A stretch of DNA of 64,000 nt from an uncultured Holophagae bacterium (GTDB taxonomy: Bacteria; Acidobacteriota; Thermoanaerobaculia; Thermoanaerobaculales; Sulfomarinibacteraceae): contig CAWJPY010000013.1 of assembly GCA_963844865.1 (NCBI GenBank), positions 135,821-199,820 on the forward strand, given 5' to 3'. Positions within the stretch are counted from its first letter, which is position 1. The number at the start of each line of letters is the position of its first letter. Positions 20,363 through 31,077 of this stretch are shown one piece after another. Both the position numbers and the translations under genes were made by a program. A model generated the notes under the pieces. The model saw only the letters and a program-made list of their open reading frames with translations, had not been told where the DNA came from and searched no databases.

Positions 20363-21541
20363 CTACAGCTCCCGCAGGGCGGTGGCGATGGGCAGCCGGG
20401 CGGCGCGCAGGGCCGGGAGGAGGCCGCCGGCGAAGCCCATGACGAGGCCGAAGGCGACGCCGATGAGGAGCAGGTCCGGGGTCACCCGGAAGGCGAAGGC
20501 CAGGTGGGAGAAGGTCTGCCAGTTGATGGTCCCGGTGGTGAAGCCGTCCAACGGGAGCACGGCGGCGCATCCCACGAGGGCACCGACGAAGGAGATGAGC
20601 AGGGCCTCGAAGAGGAACGACATGACCACCGTGGCGCCGCCGAAACCGAGGGCGCGCAGGGTCGCGATCTCCCTCGTCCGGGCGGCCACGGCCGAGTACA
20701 TGGTGTTGAGCGCCCCGAACACGGCGCCGATGCCCATGACCAGAGCCACCAGGAAGCCGAGGGTCCGGATGAGGGTGGTGACCATCTGCGACTTCTCGGT
20801 GTAGTAGTCGACCTCGCGCTTCACCTGGAGGCTGAGGCGGGGATCGGCGGTGACGGTGTCCTTGAACTCGGCGAACCGGTCGGGGGAGGTGAGGCGGGCG
20901 GTCACGGACTGGAAGATGTTGGTGGGGCGCTTGAAGGTCTCGCTGAGCACGGTGGCGTCGCACCACAGCTCGGAGTCGAAGGCGCTGCCCCCGGCGTCGA
21001 GGATGCCCACCACCTGCCACCTGCGGCCGCCGAAGCTCACCGTCGAGCCCAGGTCCAGCCCACGGTAGATGCGGGCGGCGTTGGAGCCCACCACCAGCTC
21101 GGCCAGGCCGGGACGGAAGAAACGGCCGCGGCTGATGCGGATGGACGGCCGCACCTCCAGGGCCGACTGGGAGACCCCACGGACCTGCACGTTGGCGTCG
21201 GTGCCGGTCTTGGCGAGCTGGAAGGCGGCGATGACCACCACCTCGTCGGAGGCCAGGGGGAGCCGGTTCCGGTTCCTGGCGACCTGGGGGGCGTCGGCGA
21301 CGATCCGCGCCTCCTCGAGGGTGACGGCGCTGGACATCTCGGCGTCGGCGCCGGCGCGGAGCAGGATCACGTTCTGGGGCGACCCGGAGGCGATGAGGGT
21401 GGCCTGGAAGCCGCGGGCCATGGCCAGCATGGCGATGAACACCCCCACCGCGCCGGCGATGCCCAGCACGGACACCACCGCCGCCGGCCAGCGGGCGACG
21501 ATGGAACGGGCGTTGTAGGTGATGGGGATGCTCATCCTCAC
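20363..21541 (-). CDS. ABC transporter permease, FtsX/MacB type
   Basis: N-terminal TM, large periplasmic domain, C-terminal FtsX block 'REIATLRALGFGGATV'. 4-nt overlap with the upstream permease. Confidence 0.85.
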   Translation of the reverse strand: MRMSIPITYNARSIVARWPAAVVSVLGIAGAVGVFIAMLAMARGFQATLIASGSPQNVILLRAGADAEMSSAVTLEEARIVADAPQVARNRNRLPLASDEVVVIAAFQLAKTGTDANVQVRGVSQSALEVRPSIRISRGRFFRPGLAELVVGSNAARIYRGLDLGSTVSFGGRRWQVVGILDAGGSAFDSELWCDATVLSETFKRPTNIFQSVTARLTSPDRFAEFKDTVTADPRLSLQVKREVDYYTEKSQMVTTLIRTLGFLVALVMGIGAVFGALNTMYSAVAARTREIATLRALGFGGATVVMSFLFEALLISFVGALVGCAAVLPLDGFTTGTINWQTFSHLAFAFRVTPDLLLIGVAFGLVMGFAGGLLPALRAARLPIATALREL

Positions 21542-22677
21542 ACCCTCCGCAGGGCGTCGACGATCTGGAGCCGCATGGCGGTCAGTGCCGGCACGGCCCC
21601 CGCGGCGAGGCCGACGAGCACCGCGAGTCCAGCGCCGAGGAGGACCTTGTCGGTGCCCAGGTAGAACACCGGCAGCATGCCGTGGGTGGGATCGCCGAGG
21701 GCGGTGAAGCCCTTGGCGAGGGCGAGGCCCACGGCGCCGCCCACCAGGGCCAGCAGCGTCGACTCGGCCATCACCAGGAGGAGCACGGTCACGTCGCCGA
21801 AGCCGAGGGCCTTGAGGACCCCCAGCTCCGAGGTGCGCTCCCGCACCGCCATGGCCATGGTGTTGCCGGTGACGAGCAGGAGCGTGAACATCACCACGGC
21901 CCCGATGGACAGGACGATGAGGCGGATGTTGCCGATCTGCTTGGCAAAGGCGGCAGCGAAGGAGCTCTCGGTCTCCGTGGAGGTCTCCCAGGGCGAGTTG
22001 GCGAAGCGGGAGTCCACCGCCTGCGTCACCGCCATTGCGTTGTCGGGATCGTCGATCTGGACCACGTACCAGCCCACCAGCCCCTTGATGAAGCGGCTGC
22101 GCTCCTCCAGGTACTTCCAGTGGAACCAGAGCTGGGTCTCGTCGTCCCCCCGCCGCGTCCCGTCGTAGATGGCGCGGATGTTGAACTCCCAGGTGCCGGG
22201 GAAGATGGTCCCTTCCAGCGGGATGCGGTCACCCACCTTCCAGCCGAAGCGCTCCGCGGTGGCCCGGCCCACCACCGCTCCCTCGCGGTCCCCCAGGAAG
22301 GCCCGCCACTGATCGTCGGGGATCCGGTACTCGGGGTAGACCGCGCGCCAGCTCTCCGGGTCGATGGCGAACTGGGGGAAGAAGTTGCGCTGGTCCTGGT
22401 AGACGCCCCCGAACCAGTTGGCGAAGGCGACCTCGGTGACGTGGGGGATCTGGCGGATCCGTTCCTGGTAGGCGTAGGGCAGGGGCATGATCAGGGAGAT
22501 CCGGTTGCGGACCACCAAGCGGTTCGCCCCGGCGACGGAGACGCCTGCAGACAGCGCGGTCTGGATGGTCACCAGCAGCCCGAACAGGAAGAGAGCCACG
22601 GCGATGGAGCCGGCCGTGAGCAGGGTGCGGGTCTTCTTGCGACCCAGGTTGCGGAGGATGAGCGGCAGGAACCTCAC
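21538..22677 (-). CDS. ABC transporter permease, FtsX/MacB type (second copy)
   Basis: 'RERTSELGVLKALGFGDVTV' FtsX motif. 4-nt overlaps on both sides. Confidence 0.85.
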   Translation of the reverse strand: MRFLPLILRNLGRKKTRTLLTAGSIAVALFLFGLLVTIQTALSAGVSVAGANRLVVRNRISLIMPLPYAYQERIRQIPHVTEVAFANWFGGVYQDQRNFFPQFAIDPESWRAVYPEYRIPDDQWRAFLGDREGAVVGRATAERFGWKVGDRIPLEGTIFPGTWEFNIRAIYDGTRRGDDETQLWFHWKYLEERSRFIKGLVGWYVVQIDDPDNAMAVTQAVDSRFANSPWETSTETESSFAAAFAKQIGNIRLIVLSIGAVVMFTLLLVTGNTMAMAVRERTSELGVLKALGFGDVTVLLLVMAESTLLALVGGAVGLALAKGFTALGDPTHGMLPVFYLGTDKVLLGAGLAVLVGLAAGAVPALTAMRLQIVDALRRV

Positions 22678-23399
22678 GAACCGACGGCTCCCTGGACGGC
22701 CTCGACGAGCACGCCCTTGTCGAGGTGGAGGACCGTCGCCGCCCGCTCGGCGGCGCGGGGGTCGTGGGTCACCATGAGCACGGTCTTGCCGTGCTTGCTC
22801 ACCAGCTCCCCGAGGAGATCCAGGATGCCGTCGCCGGCCGCCCGGTCCAGGTCCCCGGTGGGCTCGTCGCAGAGCAGGAAGGTGGGATCGGTGGCGATGG
22901 CGCGGGCGATGGCGACCCGCTGCTCCTGGCCGCCGGAGAGCTGCCGCGGGTAGTGGTCCATCCGATGCTCGAGCCCGACCAGGGCCAGGGCCGTCTCCAC
23001 CTGGCGGCGGCGCCGGGCGCGGTCCAGCCTGGTCAGGAGGAGGGGCAGCTCGACGTTGCCGAAGGCGGTGAGCACCGGGATCAGGTTGTAGAGCTGGAAG
23101 ATGAAGCCGACGTGACGCGCCCGCCAGGCGGCGAGCCGGCGCCGGGACATGTCGGTGATCTCGTCGCCCCCCACCGCCACCGTGCCCGAGGACGGCACGT
23201 CGAGGCCGCCGAGCAGGTTGAGGAGGGTGGTCTTGCCGGAGCCGCTGGGGCCCATGAAGGCCACGAACTCGCCCGCCTCGACGTCCAGGTTCAGGCCCTG
23301 CAGGACCTCGATGGTCTCCGACCCCCGCCGGTACTTCTTGCTCAGGTTGCGGACCCGGACCAGGCTCTCCCGGGTGCTCACACCGTCGATCCAGACCAT
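22674..23399 (-). CDS. ABC transporter ATP-binding protein (MacB/LolD-like)
   Basis: Walker A 'GPSGSGKTT', signature 'LSGGQEQRVAIARA', Walker B 'LLCDEPTGDLD'. Confidence 0.9.
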   Translation of the reverse strand: MVWIDGVSTRESLVRVRNLSKKYRRGSETIEVLQGLNLDVEAGEFVAFMGPSGSGKTTLLNLLGGLDVPSSGTVAVGGDEITDMSRRRLAAWRARHVGFIFQLYNLIPVLTAFGNVELPLLLTRLDRARRRRQVETALALVGLEHRMDHYPRQLSGGQEQRVAIARAIATDPTFLLCDEPTGDLDRAAGDGILDLLGELVSKHGKTVLMVTHDPRAAERAATVLHLDKGVLVEAVQGAVGS

Positions 23400-23430
23400 G
23401 GGCCCTCCTCGTCGCGCCGGTCGGGCGTCC

Positions 23431-24660
23431 TCACTGGGCGACCCGCACCGCCTGGCCGTCCTCGAGCTCGGGCGGCCCGTCCACCACCACCCGCTCTCCC
23501 GGCGTCAGGCCGGCCACCACCTGGACCTCATCGCCCTCCTCGGGGCCGAGGGTGACGGCCCGCCGCTCGACGTGGTCCCCGTCGAGCACGAAGACCACCG
23601 TGTCGGAACCGCTTCCGCGCACCGCGGCTGCCGCCACCACCGCCCTCGCGGCGTGCCCCTCGGCGCTCTCCGATCGGCCTTCCCGGAAGGCCACCTTGAT
23701 CCCCATGTCGGGCAGGATCCTGGGGTCCAGGTGGTCGAAGGTGAGGCGGACCTTGACGGTGGCCTTCTGACGGTCGGCGGTGGGGATGACGGTGCGCACC
23801 GTGGCCGGGATGTGCCAGTCGGGATACGCGTCGAGCACCGCGTCGGCTTCCTGACCGGGGTGGACGCGGGCGATGTAGGACTCGTTCACGTCGACCTCGA
23901 TCTCCAGGGAGGACATGTCGACGATGGTGGCGATGCCGGTGCGGGTGTAGCCGCCGCCCGCCGAGATGGGGGACACCATCTCCCCCGGTTGCGCGTCCTT
24001 GGACACCACCACCCCGGCGAAGGGGGAGCGGATCACATAGTTCTCCAGGTCGTGCTGGGCCACCGCGAGCTGGGCTTCGGCCGCCTCCAGGTTGCGGCGG
24101 GCCACCACGAGGCGGGCCTCGAGCGCCGCCACCGCGGTGGTGGCGGAGTCCACGTCCTGCTGGCTGCTCACGCCGTCGGAGCGCAGGTCCTGCACACGCC
24201 TGAGGGTGCGTCGGGCGTCGGCGAGGTTCACCTCCACCTCGTCCAGGCCGGCCCGGGCCACGTCGCGGTCGGCACGGGTGGCGGCGAGGCGTTTGCGGGC
24301 GTCCGAGTCGTCCAGGGTGGCCAGGACCTGCCCCCGGGTCACCACCATCCCCTCGTCGATGAGCACGTCGGTGACCCGGCCGGTGATCTTGGCCGCCACC
24401 GTCGCCCGGCGGCGGGGCGTGACGTACCCGGACGCGTTGAGCACCGTGCGCGTGCCCGGGTCAGCCGGCGCCCCCACCGTGGAGGTCCGGACCGTGGGGA
24501 CGCCGCTCCGGTGGGCCAGCGCGATGCCGCCCACCACGATGGCGGCGAGGACCACGACCGCGGCCGGCAGCAGCACCCGCCAGCTGCTCCGCCGCTCACG
24601 ATCGGTTCGGTCGATCGCGAGGTCGGAGACGGCGGGTTTGGGAGTGTGTGCGTCGTCCAT
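23431..24660 (-). CDS. Efflux periplasmic adaptor subunit (HlyD/MacA family)
   Basis: N-terminal TM, barrel-sandwich 'GYVTPRRRATVAAKITGRV', coiled-coil hairpin, C-terminal beta domains. First gene of the ABC efflux operon. Confidence 0.85.
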   Translation of the reverse strand: MDDAHTPKPAVSDLAIDRTDRERRSSWRVLLPAAVVVLAAIVVGGIALAHRSGVPTVRTSTVGAPADPGTRTVLNASGYVTPRRRATVAAKITGRVTDVLIDEGMVVTRGQVLATLDDSDARKRLAATRADRDVARAGLDEVEVNLADARRTLRRVQDLRSDGVSSQQDVDSATTAVAALEARLVVARRNLEAAEAQLAVAQHDLENYVIRSPFAGVVVSKDAQPGEMVSPISAGGGYTRTGIATIVDMSSLEIEVDVNESYIARVHPGQEADAVLDAYPDWHIPATVRTVIPTADRQKATVKVRLTFDHLDPRILPDMGIKVAFREGRSESAEGHAARAVVAAAAVRGSGSDTVVFVLDGDHVERRAVTLGPEEGDEVQVVAGLTPGERVVVDGPPELEDGQAVRVAQ

Positions 24661-24770
24661 GATGATGGGGTCTCAGGCGGTGAACAGAGGAACGCTGCAC
24701 GGTGTTCCACCCCCGACCCATGCCGGAGTCTACCATCCGGCACGGGTCGGGGCCGGAAATGGAAGGCATC

Positions 24771-25660
24771 TCACGAGCTGGCGTGGGGTGACGGTGGCGA
24801 GGACGTCGGCGTGGACAGCCGTGCCGGGTCCTGTTGGTAGAAGGTGCGGAGCTGCTCATACAGCGCCGGGTGCTGGCGCTGAAGCGCCGCCGGCTTCTCG
24901 AAGAACAGCTCGGTGACCACCGCGAAGAACTCGGCCGGATTGGTGGCGCCGTACGCTCCGAGGAAGCTCGGGCGGTGGCGCTGGAGGCGGTCGACGAGGT
25001 CCTGGTACTCCGCGCCCAGCACCCTGGCCCAGGCGACGTACATGGACCGTTGCCGGGAGCCTGGGCGCGCCGTCGGCGAAGCCGGCCTCGTTGTCGAGCT
25101 GGTGGGCGAACTCGTGCAGGACCACGTTGTGCCCGTCGTGGACGTCCGAGGCGCCCCGTGCACGACGTCGTCCCACGACAGGACCACCGTCCCGTGCGAC
25201 CAGGACTCGCCCGAGACGGGCCTGCTCGCCCTCGATCACGATGCCGCCGGCCAGGTGCTGCGCGGACTCGGCGCACGTAGGCGTGGGGATAGACCAGGAT
25301 CGTGCGCAGGTCTGGGTAGACGTCGGTCCGGCGGTGCAGGAGCAGGATGCAGGCCTGGGCGGCGATGGTGACCCGCACCTCGTCGTCGACCTCCAGCCCC
25401 CCGCAGCCCTCGAAGCTCTTCTCGGCCACGAACACCTTGACCAGGGCCTCCAGCTCCTGCCGATCCGGGGGCGCGAGCCGGCGACAGTACGGCACGTTGC
25501 GGTCCAGGATGGCGTGCCAGGCATCCGGGAACGGTCTCCTCATGAGCCTCCGGAGTCGCCAGGCTCGGAGGCCGAGGCCGACGGGCCAGGGGTGGTCGCC
25601 CGGCGGGCCCTCCGGTTCGGGGGAGGGGGAGGCGGGGGATCCTGGTGTGTCGTCGCTCAT
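24771..25660 (-). pseudogene. M90 (MtfA-like) zinc peptidase, frameshifted at least 4 times as assembled
   Basis: Homologous pieces sit in three frames: 'FPDAWHAILDRNVPYCRRL...ILVYPHAY', then 'GGIVIEGEQARLG', 'VVLSWDDVVHGA', 'HNVVLHEFAHQLDNEAGFADGAP', and 'YGATNPAEFFAVVTELFFEKP...LYEQLRTFYQQDP'. ATG at 25660. Confidence 0.7.
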
Positions 25661-25844
25661 GGGCAACCTCTCTGGCCTGCAACCTCGTGCCGGGGCCGTC
25701 CTGTTCCGGAGTCGGACGCCCTGCGGCCTCTCGTCGTGGCAGGTGCTCGACCCGGAGAGAAGGGCGCGGCCTTTGGGTGGAGGGCTCGCCCCGGCGGGTG
25801 GGACGGATCCGGAGTGTTCTCGGAGCGGGATTGTTGCACGTCGT

Positions 25845-27107
25845 ATGAAGTTGCCTCTCAGGCGGCTGCTGACCACGGACTTCTGGCGATCCATCGGTGT
25901 CAATCAGGCGGTGGTGGCGGTGTCGGTGGCCCGCCTCGCCGATGCCATGGGCAACAGCATCCTCTTCATCGTCATCCCGGTCTTCGTGAAGAAGCTGCCC
26001 GACGACCTCATCGCCATGCCGGTGGAGATCAAGGTGGGCGTGCTGATCTCCCTCTACGGGTTCGTCGTGGCCCTGCTGCAGCCGCCGGCCGGGGCGCTCT
26101 CGGACCGCCTGGGGCGACGCAAGATCCTGATGCTCATCGGCCTGTTGGTGATGGCCCTGGGGACGGTGTCTTTCGCGTTCGCCGACCGGTACCTGGAGCT
26201 GCTCTTCCTGCGCGCGGCGCAGGGCGTGGGCATCGCCCTGACCGTCCCCGCCGCCATGGCCATCCTGGCCTCGGTGACGGAGCGGAGGTCGCGGGGCGGC
26301 GCCATGGGCTTCTACACCACCCTGCGCCTCGTCGGCTTCTCCATCGGGCCGCCGGTGGGGGGCTTCCTGCAGGTCCACTTCGGCTTCGACTCCGCCTTCT
26401 TCACCGGTGCCGGGCTGCTCCTCCTGGCCTTCGTGGCGGTGCAGCTCTGGGTGCCCGACGTCCGGGTGCCGCCCCCCAAGGAGGGTGAGGAAGTGCCGCC
26501 CTTCCGGATCATCGACCCCGCCCTGCTCAGCCCGGGGATCCTGGCGGTCTCCCTCGCCACCTTCGCCATGGCCGCCGCCTTCTCCATGGTGGTGACCCTG
26601 GAGAACGAGTTCAACGCCCGCCTAGGCATGACGGCGGTGGGCTTCGGAGTCGCGTTCAGCGCGCTGATGGTCGGCCGCCTGGCGACCCAGGTCCCCCTCG
26701 GGAGGCTGTCCGACTACATCGGTCGCAAGCCCCTGATCGTGGGGGGGTTGCTCCTGACGGTCCCGGTGACCATCGGTCTCGGTCTGGCCGCGTCCGATCT
26801 GGAGTTCCTGCTCCTGCGGGTGGCCCAGGGGGTGGCCGCTGCGGCCATCGCGGCGCCCGCCCTGGCCCTGGCCGGGGACCTCTCCGGCTCCGGCGGCGAG
26901 GGCCGCCAGATGAGCGTGGTGACGACCGGCTTCGGTCTCGGCATCGCCGTCGGGCCGCTGGTGTCGGGGCTGCTGGCGGTGTTCTTCTTCGAGCTCCCGT
27001 TCCTGGTGATGGCGGGCTTCTGCGTGGTGGCGGCCCTCGTCATGCTGCGCTATGCCGAGGAGACGGTCAGTGAAAGTCGTGACTGGCGATTCTGGCGTCG
27101 GTCCTGA
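25845..27107 (+). CDS. MFS transporter
   Basis: 12-TM pattern with MFS motif A 'GALSDRLGRRKIL'. Start placed at ATG 25845 ('MKLPLRRLL'). The upstream part of the 586-aa ORF is antisense read-through of the MtfA-like gene. Confidence 0.8.
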   Translation: MKLPLRRLLTTDFWRSIGVNQAVVAVSVARLADAMGNSILFIVIPVFVKKLPDDLIAMPVEIKVGVLISLYGFVVALLQPPAGALSDRLGRRKILMLIGLLVMALGTVSFAFADRYLELLFLRAAQGVGIALTVPAAMAILASVTERRSRGGAMGFYTTLRLVGFSIGPPVGGFLQVHFGFDSAFFTGAGLLLLAFVAVQLWVPDVRVPPPKEGEEVPPFRIIDPALLSPGILAVSLATFAMAAAFSMVVTLENEFNARLGMTAVGFGVAFSALMVGRLATQVPLGRLSDYIGRKPLIVGGLLLTVPVTIGLGLAASDLEFLLLRVAQGVAAAAIAAPALALAGDLSGSGGEGRQMSVVTTGFGLGIAVGPLVSGLLAVFFFELPFLVMAGFCVVAALVMLRYAEETVSESRDWRFWRRS

Positions 27108-30100
27108 CCGCCTCGAAGCCCTCCGCCTTCACCGACAACGTGCCGTCCCGCTTCTGGAGGACCCCGTCCACGATGAGCAGGGGCGAGGTGACCACCAGCC
27201 TGCGGTTGGCCCGGAACAGGTCCGGGGGGACGATGGCCTGCACGGTCCCGGTCTCGTCCTCCATGGTGAAGAACACGAAGCCCCTGGCCGTCCCCGGCCG
27301 CTGGCGGACGATGACCGCGCCGCCGGCCCGCACCCGGCTGCCGTCGGCGAGGTCCGGGAGCGAGGCCAGGGGCGTCACCCCGCGCCGGTCCATGTCTGAG
27401 CGCAGGTAGCTCATGAGGTGGGGGCCCGTGGTGAGGTGGAGGCCGGCGTAGTCGGCGACGGTCTCCTCCAGGTCGCTCATCTCGGGCAGGGGCGAGGCCG
27501 CCTCCGGGGGGAGGTGGGCCAGCAGCGGGCCGCGCCGCGCCGTCACCTCGGCCACCTGCCACAGGGCCTGGCGGCGGGTCAGCCCCAGGGACGCCAGCGC
27601 CCCCACGTGAGCCAGCAACGCGAGCTGCTCCTCGTCGAGGGCGCAGCGCTGGGCGAGGTCGGCGAGGTTTGAGAAGGGGGCGCGGGTCCGCTCGCACTCG
27701 ATGGTCTCGCCGGCTCTCCGGCGCAGGCCGTGCACGTAGCGCAGCCCGATGCGCACCCCGCCCTCCTCCCAGCGGCAGCGCCAGCCGGAGCGGTCGACGT
27801 CCACCGGATGGACCTCCACCCCGTGCCGCTGGGCGTCCTTGAGGAGGGTGGCCGGGTGGTAGAAGCCCATGGGCCAGGCGTTGAGGAGGCCGACGTAGAA
27901 GGCCGCCGGGTGGTGGCGCTTGAGGTAGGCCGAGGCGTAGACGATGAGGGCGAAGCTGGCGGCGTGGGACTCGGGGAAGCCGTAGAGGGCGAAGGAGGTG
28001 ATGGAACGGACGATCTCCTCCTGGGCGGCGCCGGACGATGCCGCGCTCCGTCATACCGGCGCGGAGCTTGCGCTCGATCGGTCTGCATCCGCTCCCGGGA
28101 GCGCTTGAAGCCCATGGCCCGCCGCAGCTCCTCCGCCTCGCCGCCGGAGAACCCCGCCGCGACCATGGCGATGCGCAGGAGCTGCTCCTGGAAGAGCGGC
28201 ACCCCCAGGGTGCGCTTCAGCATCGGCTCGAGGCAGGGGTGGGGGTAGGTGACGGGCTCGCCGCCCCTGGCGGCGCTCGAGATACGGGTTGGTCATGTTG
28301 CCGACGATGGGGCCGGGGCGGATGATGGCCACCTGGACCACCAGGTCGTAGAAGCGCTCGGGGCGGTTGCGCGGCAGCGACGCCATCTGCGCCCGGCTCT
28401 CGACCTGGAACACCCCGGCGGTGTCGGCGCGCGCGGAGCATGCCGTAGGTCTTCGGGATCGTCGGGGGGCAGGTGGGCGAGGTCGAGGTCGACGCCCTCG
28501 TGGGCGCGGATCAGCGGGATCGCGTCCTCGAGGGCGCGCCAGCATGCCCGAGGCCCAGCAGGTCGACCTTGATGATCCCGAGGTCGGCGCAGTCGTCCTT
28601 GTCCCACTGGATGACGGTGCGGCCGGGCATGGCGGCGGGCTCGAGGGGGACCACCTCGTCGAGGCGCCCCTGGGCGATGACCATGCCCCCGGAGTGCTGG
28701 CCCAGGTGGCGGGGGAGGTTGCTGGATCCGCCACCAGAGCTCTTGAAGTGCTCGGCGCGCGGACGGGGTCGATGTCCGACGGCCGCGAGCTCCGCGTCCA
28801 GGTCGCGGGCCCCCGTCCCGGATGTCGCTGGAGGCGTGGCGGCCGAGCTGTTTGGCCAGCCGGTCGACCTGCTCCGGGGCGAAGCCCAGGGCCTTGCCCA
28901 CCTCCCGGGCCGCCGAGCGGTCGCGGTAGGTGATGACGTTGGCGGTCATGGCGGCGCCGTCCGGCGCCGTAGCGCCGGTAGACGTACTGGATCACCTTCT
29001 CGCGCTGGTCTCCCGAGGGCAGGTCGAGGTCGATGTCGGGCCACTCGCCCCGCTCCTCGGAGAGGAAGCGCTCGAACAGCAGCTCCATCTTCACCGGATC
29101 GACGGCGGTGATGGAGAGGGCGTAGCAGACGGCGCTGTTGGCGGCCGAGCCGCGGCCCTGGGCGAGGATGCCCTCGCGCTGGCAGAAGCGGACGATGTCC
29201 CAGACGATGAGGAAGTAGCCGGCGAGGTCCGAGCTTCTCGATCAGCGCGAGCTCGTGCTCGATCTGGGCCTGGGCGCGGGCGGTGAGGGGCCGGAAGCGG
29301 GCGCGGGCGCCGTTCCAGGTGACCTGGCGCAGGTACGAGTCCGGCGTCTCGCCGGGCGGCAGGGGGTAGTCGGGGAAGCGGTAGCCCAGGTCGGTCGAGG
29401 GTGAAGTCGAGCTCGCTGGGCGAGCTCGCCAGCGGCGGCCACGGCCCGCGGCAGGTCGGCGAACAGGGCGGCCATCTCGGCGGGGTGCGCGCAGGTGGCG
29501 CTCGCGCTCGGCGTCGAGCAGGCGGCCCGCGGTGTCGAGCGTCATGCCCTCGCGGATGCAGGTGAGAACATCGGCGAGCTCCTTGTCCTCGGCGCCGGGC
29601 GTAGCGCACGCCGCCGGTGGCGACGAGCGGCAGCCGCAGGCGGCGGGCGAGGTCGAGCAGGGCGCTGTTGCGGTGCTCCTCGCTCGCGCAGGTGGTGGCG
29701 CTGGATCTCCACGTGCAGGCGGCCATCGAAGAGGTCGGTGGAGGTGCTCCAGCTCGCGCCGCGCCGCCTCCAGGCCGCGGTGCACGAGGCGCTGCGCAAC
29801 CACCCCCTCGGCGCCGCCGGTGAGGCAGTGCAGGCCGCGGGCGTGCTCGGCGATCTCGGTCCCAGCTCGCCCGAGCCTCGCCCTTGGGCCGACCGCGGGC
29901 GGCGGCGGTGAGCAGCCGGCACAGGTTGCGGTAGCCGCGGCGGTCGGCGGCGAGCAGGGTCAGCCGGGGCAGGGGCGTGCCGGGAGGGGGAGGGTCGGGG
30001 ACGAGGCCCAGGGGGCCCCTCCGGTCCACCCACCCCTCCAATCTTGAATTTGGGTTCGGGTCGTCGTCGAGGACGACCTCGGCGCCCACCAGGGGCGTGA

Positions 30101-30275
30101 TGCCGGCGGCGGTGGCCGCCTTCCAGAAGCGCGGCGCCCCCGACAGGCCGTTGCGGTCCACCAGGGCCACGGCGCCGAGCTCCAGCTCCGCCGCCCGCTC
30201 GACGAGGTCCTCGGGCTCGGACGCGCCCTCCAGGAACGAGAACGCCGACGCGCAGTGCAGCTCCGCGTACCTCAT
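27067..30275 (-). pseudogene. dnaE2: Error-prone DNA polymerase III alpha subunit DnaE2, broken by roughly 10 frameshifts as assembled
   Basis: Conserved blocks are scattered over all three minus frames: 'MRYAELHCASAFSFLEGAS', 'LFDGRLHVEIQRHHLRE', 'EEHRNSALLDLARRLRLPLVATGGVRYA', 'DLGYRFPDYPLPPGETPDSYLR', '[22 protein letters not shown]', '[10 protein letters not shown]', '[12 protein letters not shown]', '[28 protein letters not shown]', and C-terminal 'FFTMEDETGTVQAIV'. Confidence 0.85.
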
Positions 30276-30304
30276 GCCGAGCCTCTGTACGCCCCGCGAG
30301 GAGC

Positions 30305-30665
30305 GGTGCCGCATCGGATGACACGGGGCCGTCGAGCGGCGGCCGGCTGCCCCACTCCGCCTGTCATCCTGGGCATCCCTGCATCTCTTCGCGGCGGTGT
30401 CTCATGGGATGACACGGGACCGCGCGGAGACAGTGGGACGTCCAAGTTGCCTGTCATTCTGAGCGAGGGTCGGTCCGCCGGAGCGAGTCGAAGAATCCCC
30501 CGAGAGCACCAAGGTCGTGCCTGGGAGGCGTCCCACGGGCCTTCGGGGGATGGTTCGACTCGTCGCTCGCCACGGACGGCGAGCTCCTCGCTCACCATGA
30601 CAGAACAAGGGTGTGTGATTGGGAGCGAGCGGAGGTCCGCCGGAGCGAGTGGGAGGATCCCCTTC
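30305..30665 (+). repeat. Family-A composite REP-like element between the imuB relic and dnaE2
   Basis: ggtgccgcatcggatgacacgg...gtcatcctgggc...gtcattctgagcgagggtcgg...cccacgggccttcgggggatggttcgactcgtcgctcgcc...ctcaccatgaca. Confidence 0.7.
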
Positions 30666-30905
30666 AGAGCAGCAGCCACGTCCCACCGCAGGACGCGAAC
30701 GCGGGTTCTGTCCACTGCCGCCGGTCGCTGATCACGGCCGCCGTTGGCCGCCGCTGCCGCTGATACGACGCGCTCCGGGAGCACCAGAGCGGGTGCCAGG
30801 CACTCTCTTCGACCGCAGCGACCGAGCACATCGCAGCGACAGACGGGGTGCCTGGCATCCTCTCTGGCCTGCTCAACGAGCCGGCCCCCGGACGCGGGGT
30901 GATCG

Positions 30906-30965
30906 GTCATACATCCCATCGGCGTGCCACTCCCCGGACCTGCGATCGCGGTAGATCCGGTAGAG
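30906..30965 (-). pseudogene. Relic of an imuB 3' end (last 20 codons only)
   Basis: The minus strand encodes LYRIYRDRRSGEWHADGMYD. The C-terminus of the intact imuB at 32852 is LYRIYRDRRSGDWYADGMYD (18/20). 24 nt (gcgatcgcggtagatccggtagag) are identical at 30942-30965 and 32891-32914. Confidence 0.7.
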
Positions 30966-31005
30966 ACTCCTCCCGGCTCGGCCGCGGCCTCCGCTGGAGA
31001 GATTC

Positions 31006-31034
31006 AGTGTAGGCATAAACAAGACATAAAACAA
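31006..31034 (-). promoter_or_regulatory. Second copy of the imuA-type promoter/operator: TTGTTT-17-TACACT with conserved spacer TATGTCttgTTTATGCC
   Basis: Minus-strand reading. The spacer matches the imuA promoter spacer (36075-36091) at 14/17 positions. It is followed by the same GGAGGCC element. Confidence 0.5.
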
Positions 31035-31042
31035 GGGACTAC

Positions 31043-31077
31043 TTGACAACGAATAGATTAGTACTAAATTTTTAGTA
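31043..31077 (+). promoter_or_regulatory. Candidate blaI promoter TTGACA-16-TAAATT, overlapped by the perfect palindrome TACTAAA-TT-TTTAGTA that ends in the start codon
   Basis: TTGACA at 31043-31048, TAAATT at 31065-31070, palindrome at 31062-31077. ATG at 31077 is 7 nt after the -10 box and there is no Shine-Dalgarno sequence. Confidence 0.5.

Noticed and set aside
20363-24660. MacAB-type ABC efflux operon considered as something unusual
   Set aside because: It has the standard adaptor, ATPase and two FtsX-permease organisation with canonical motifs. Nothing in the sequence sets it apart.
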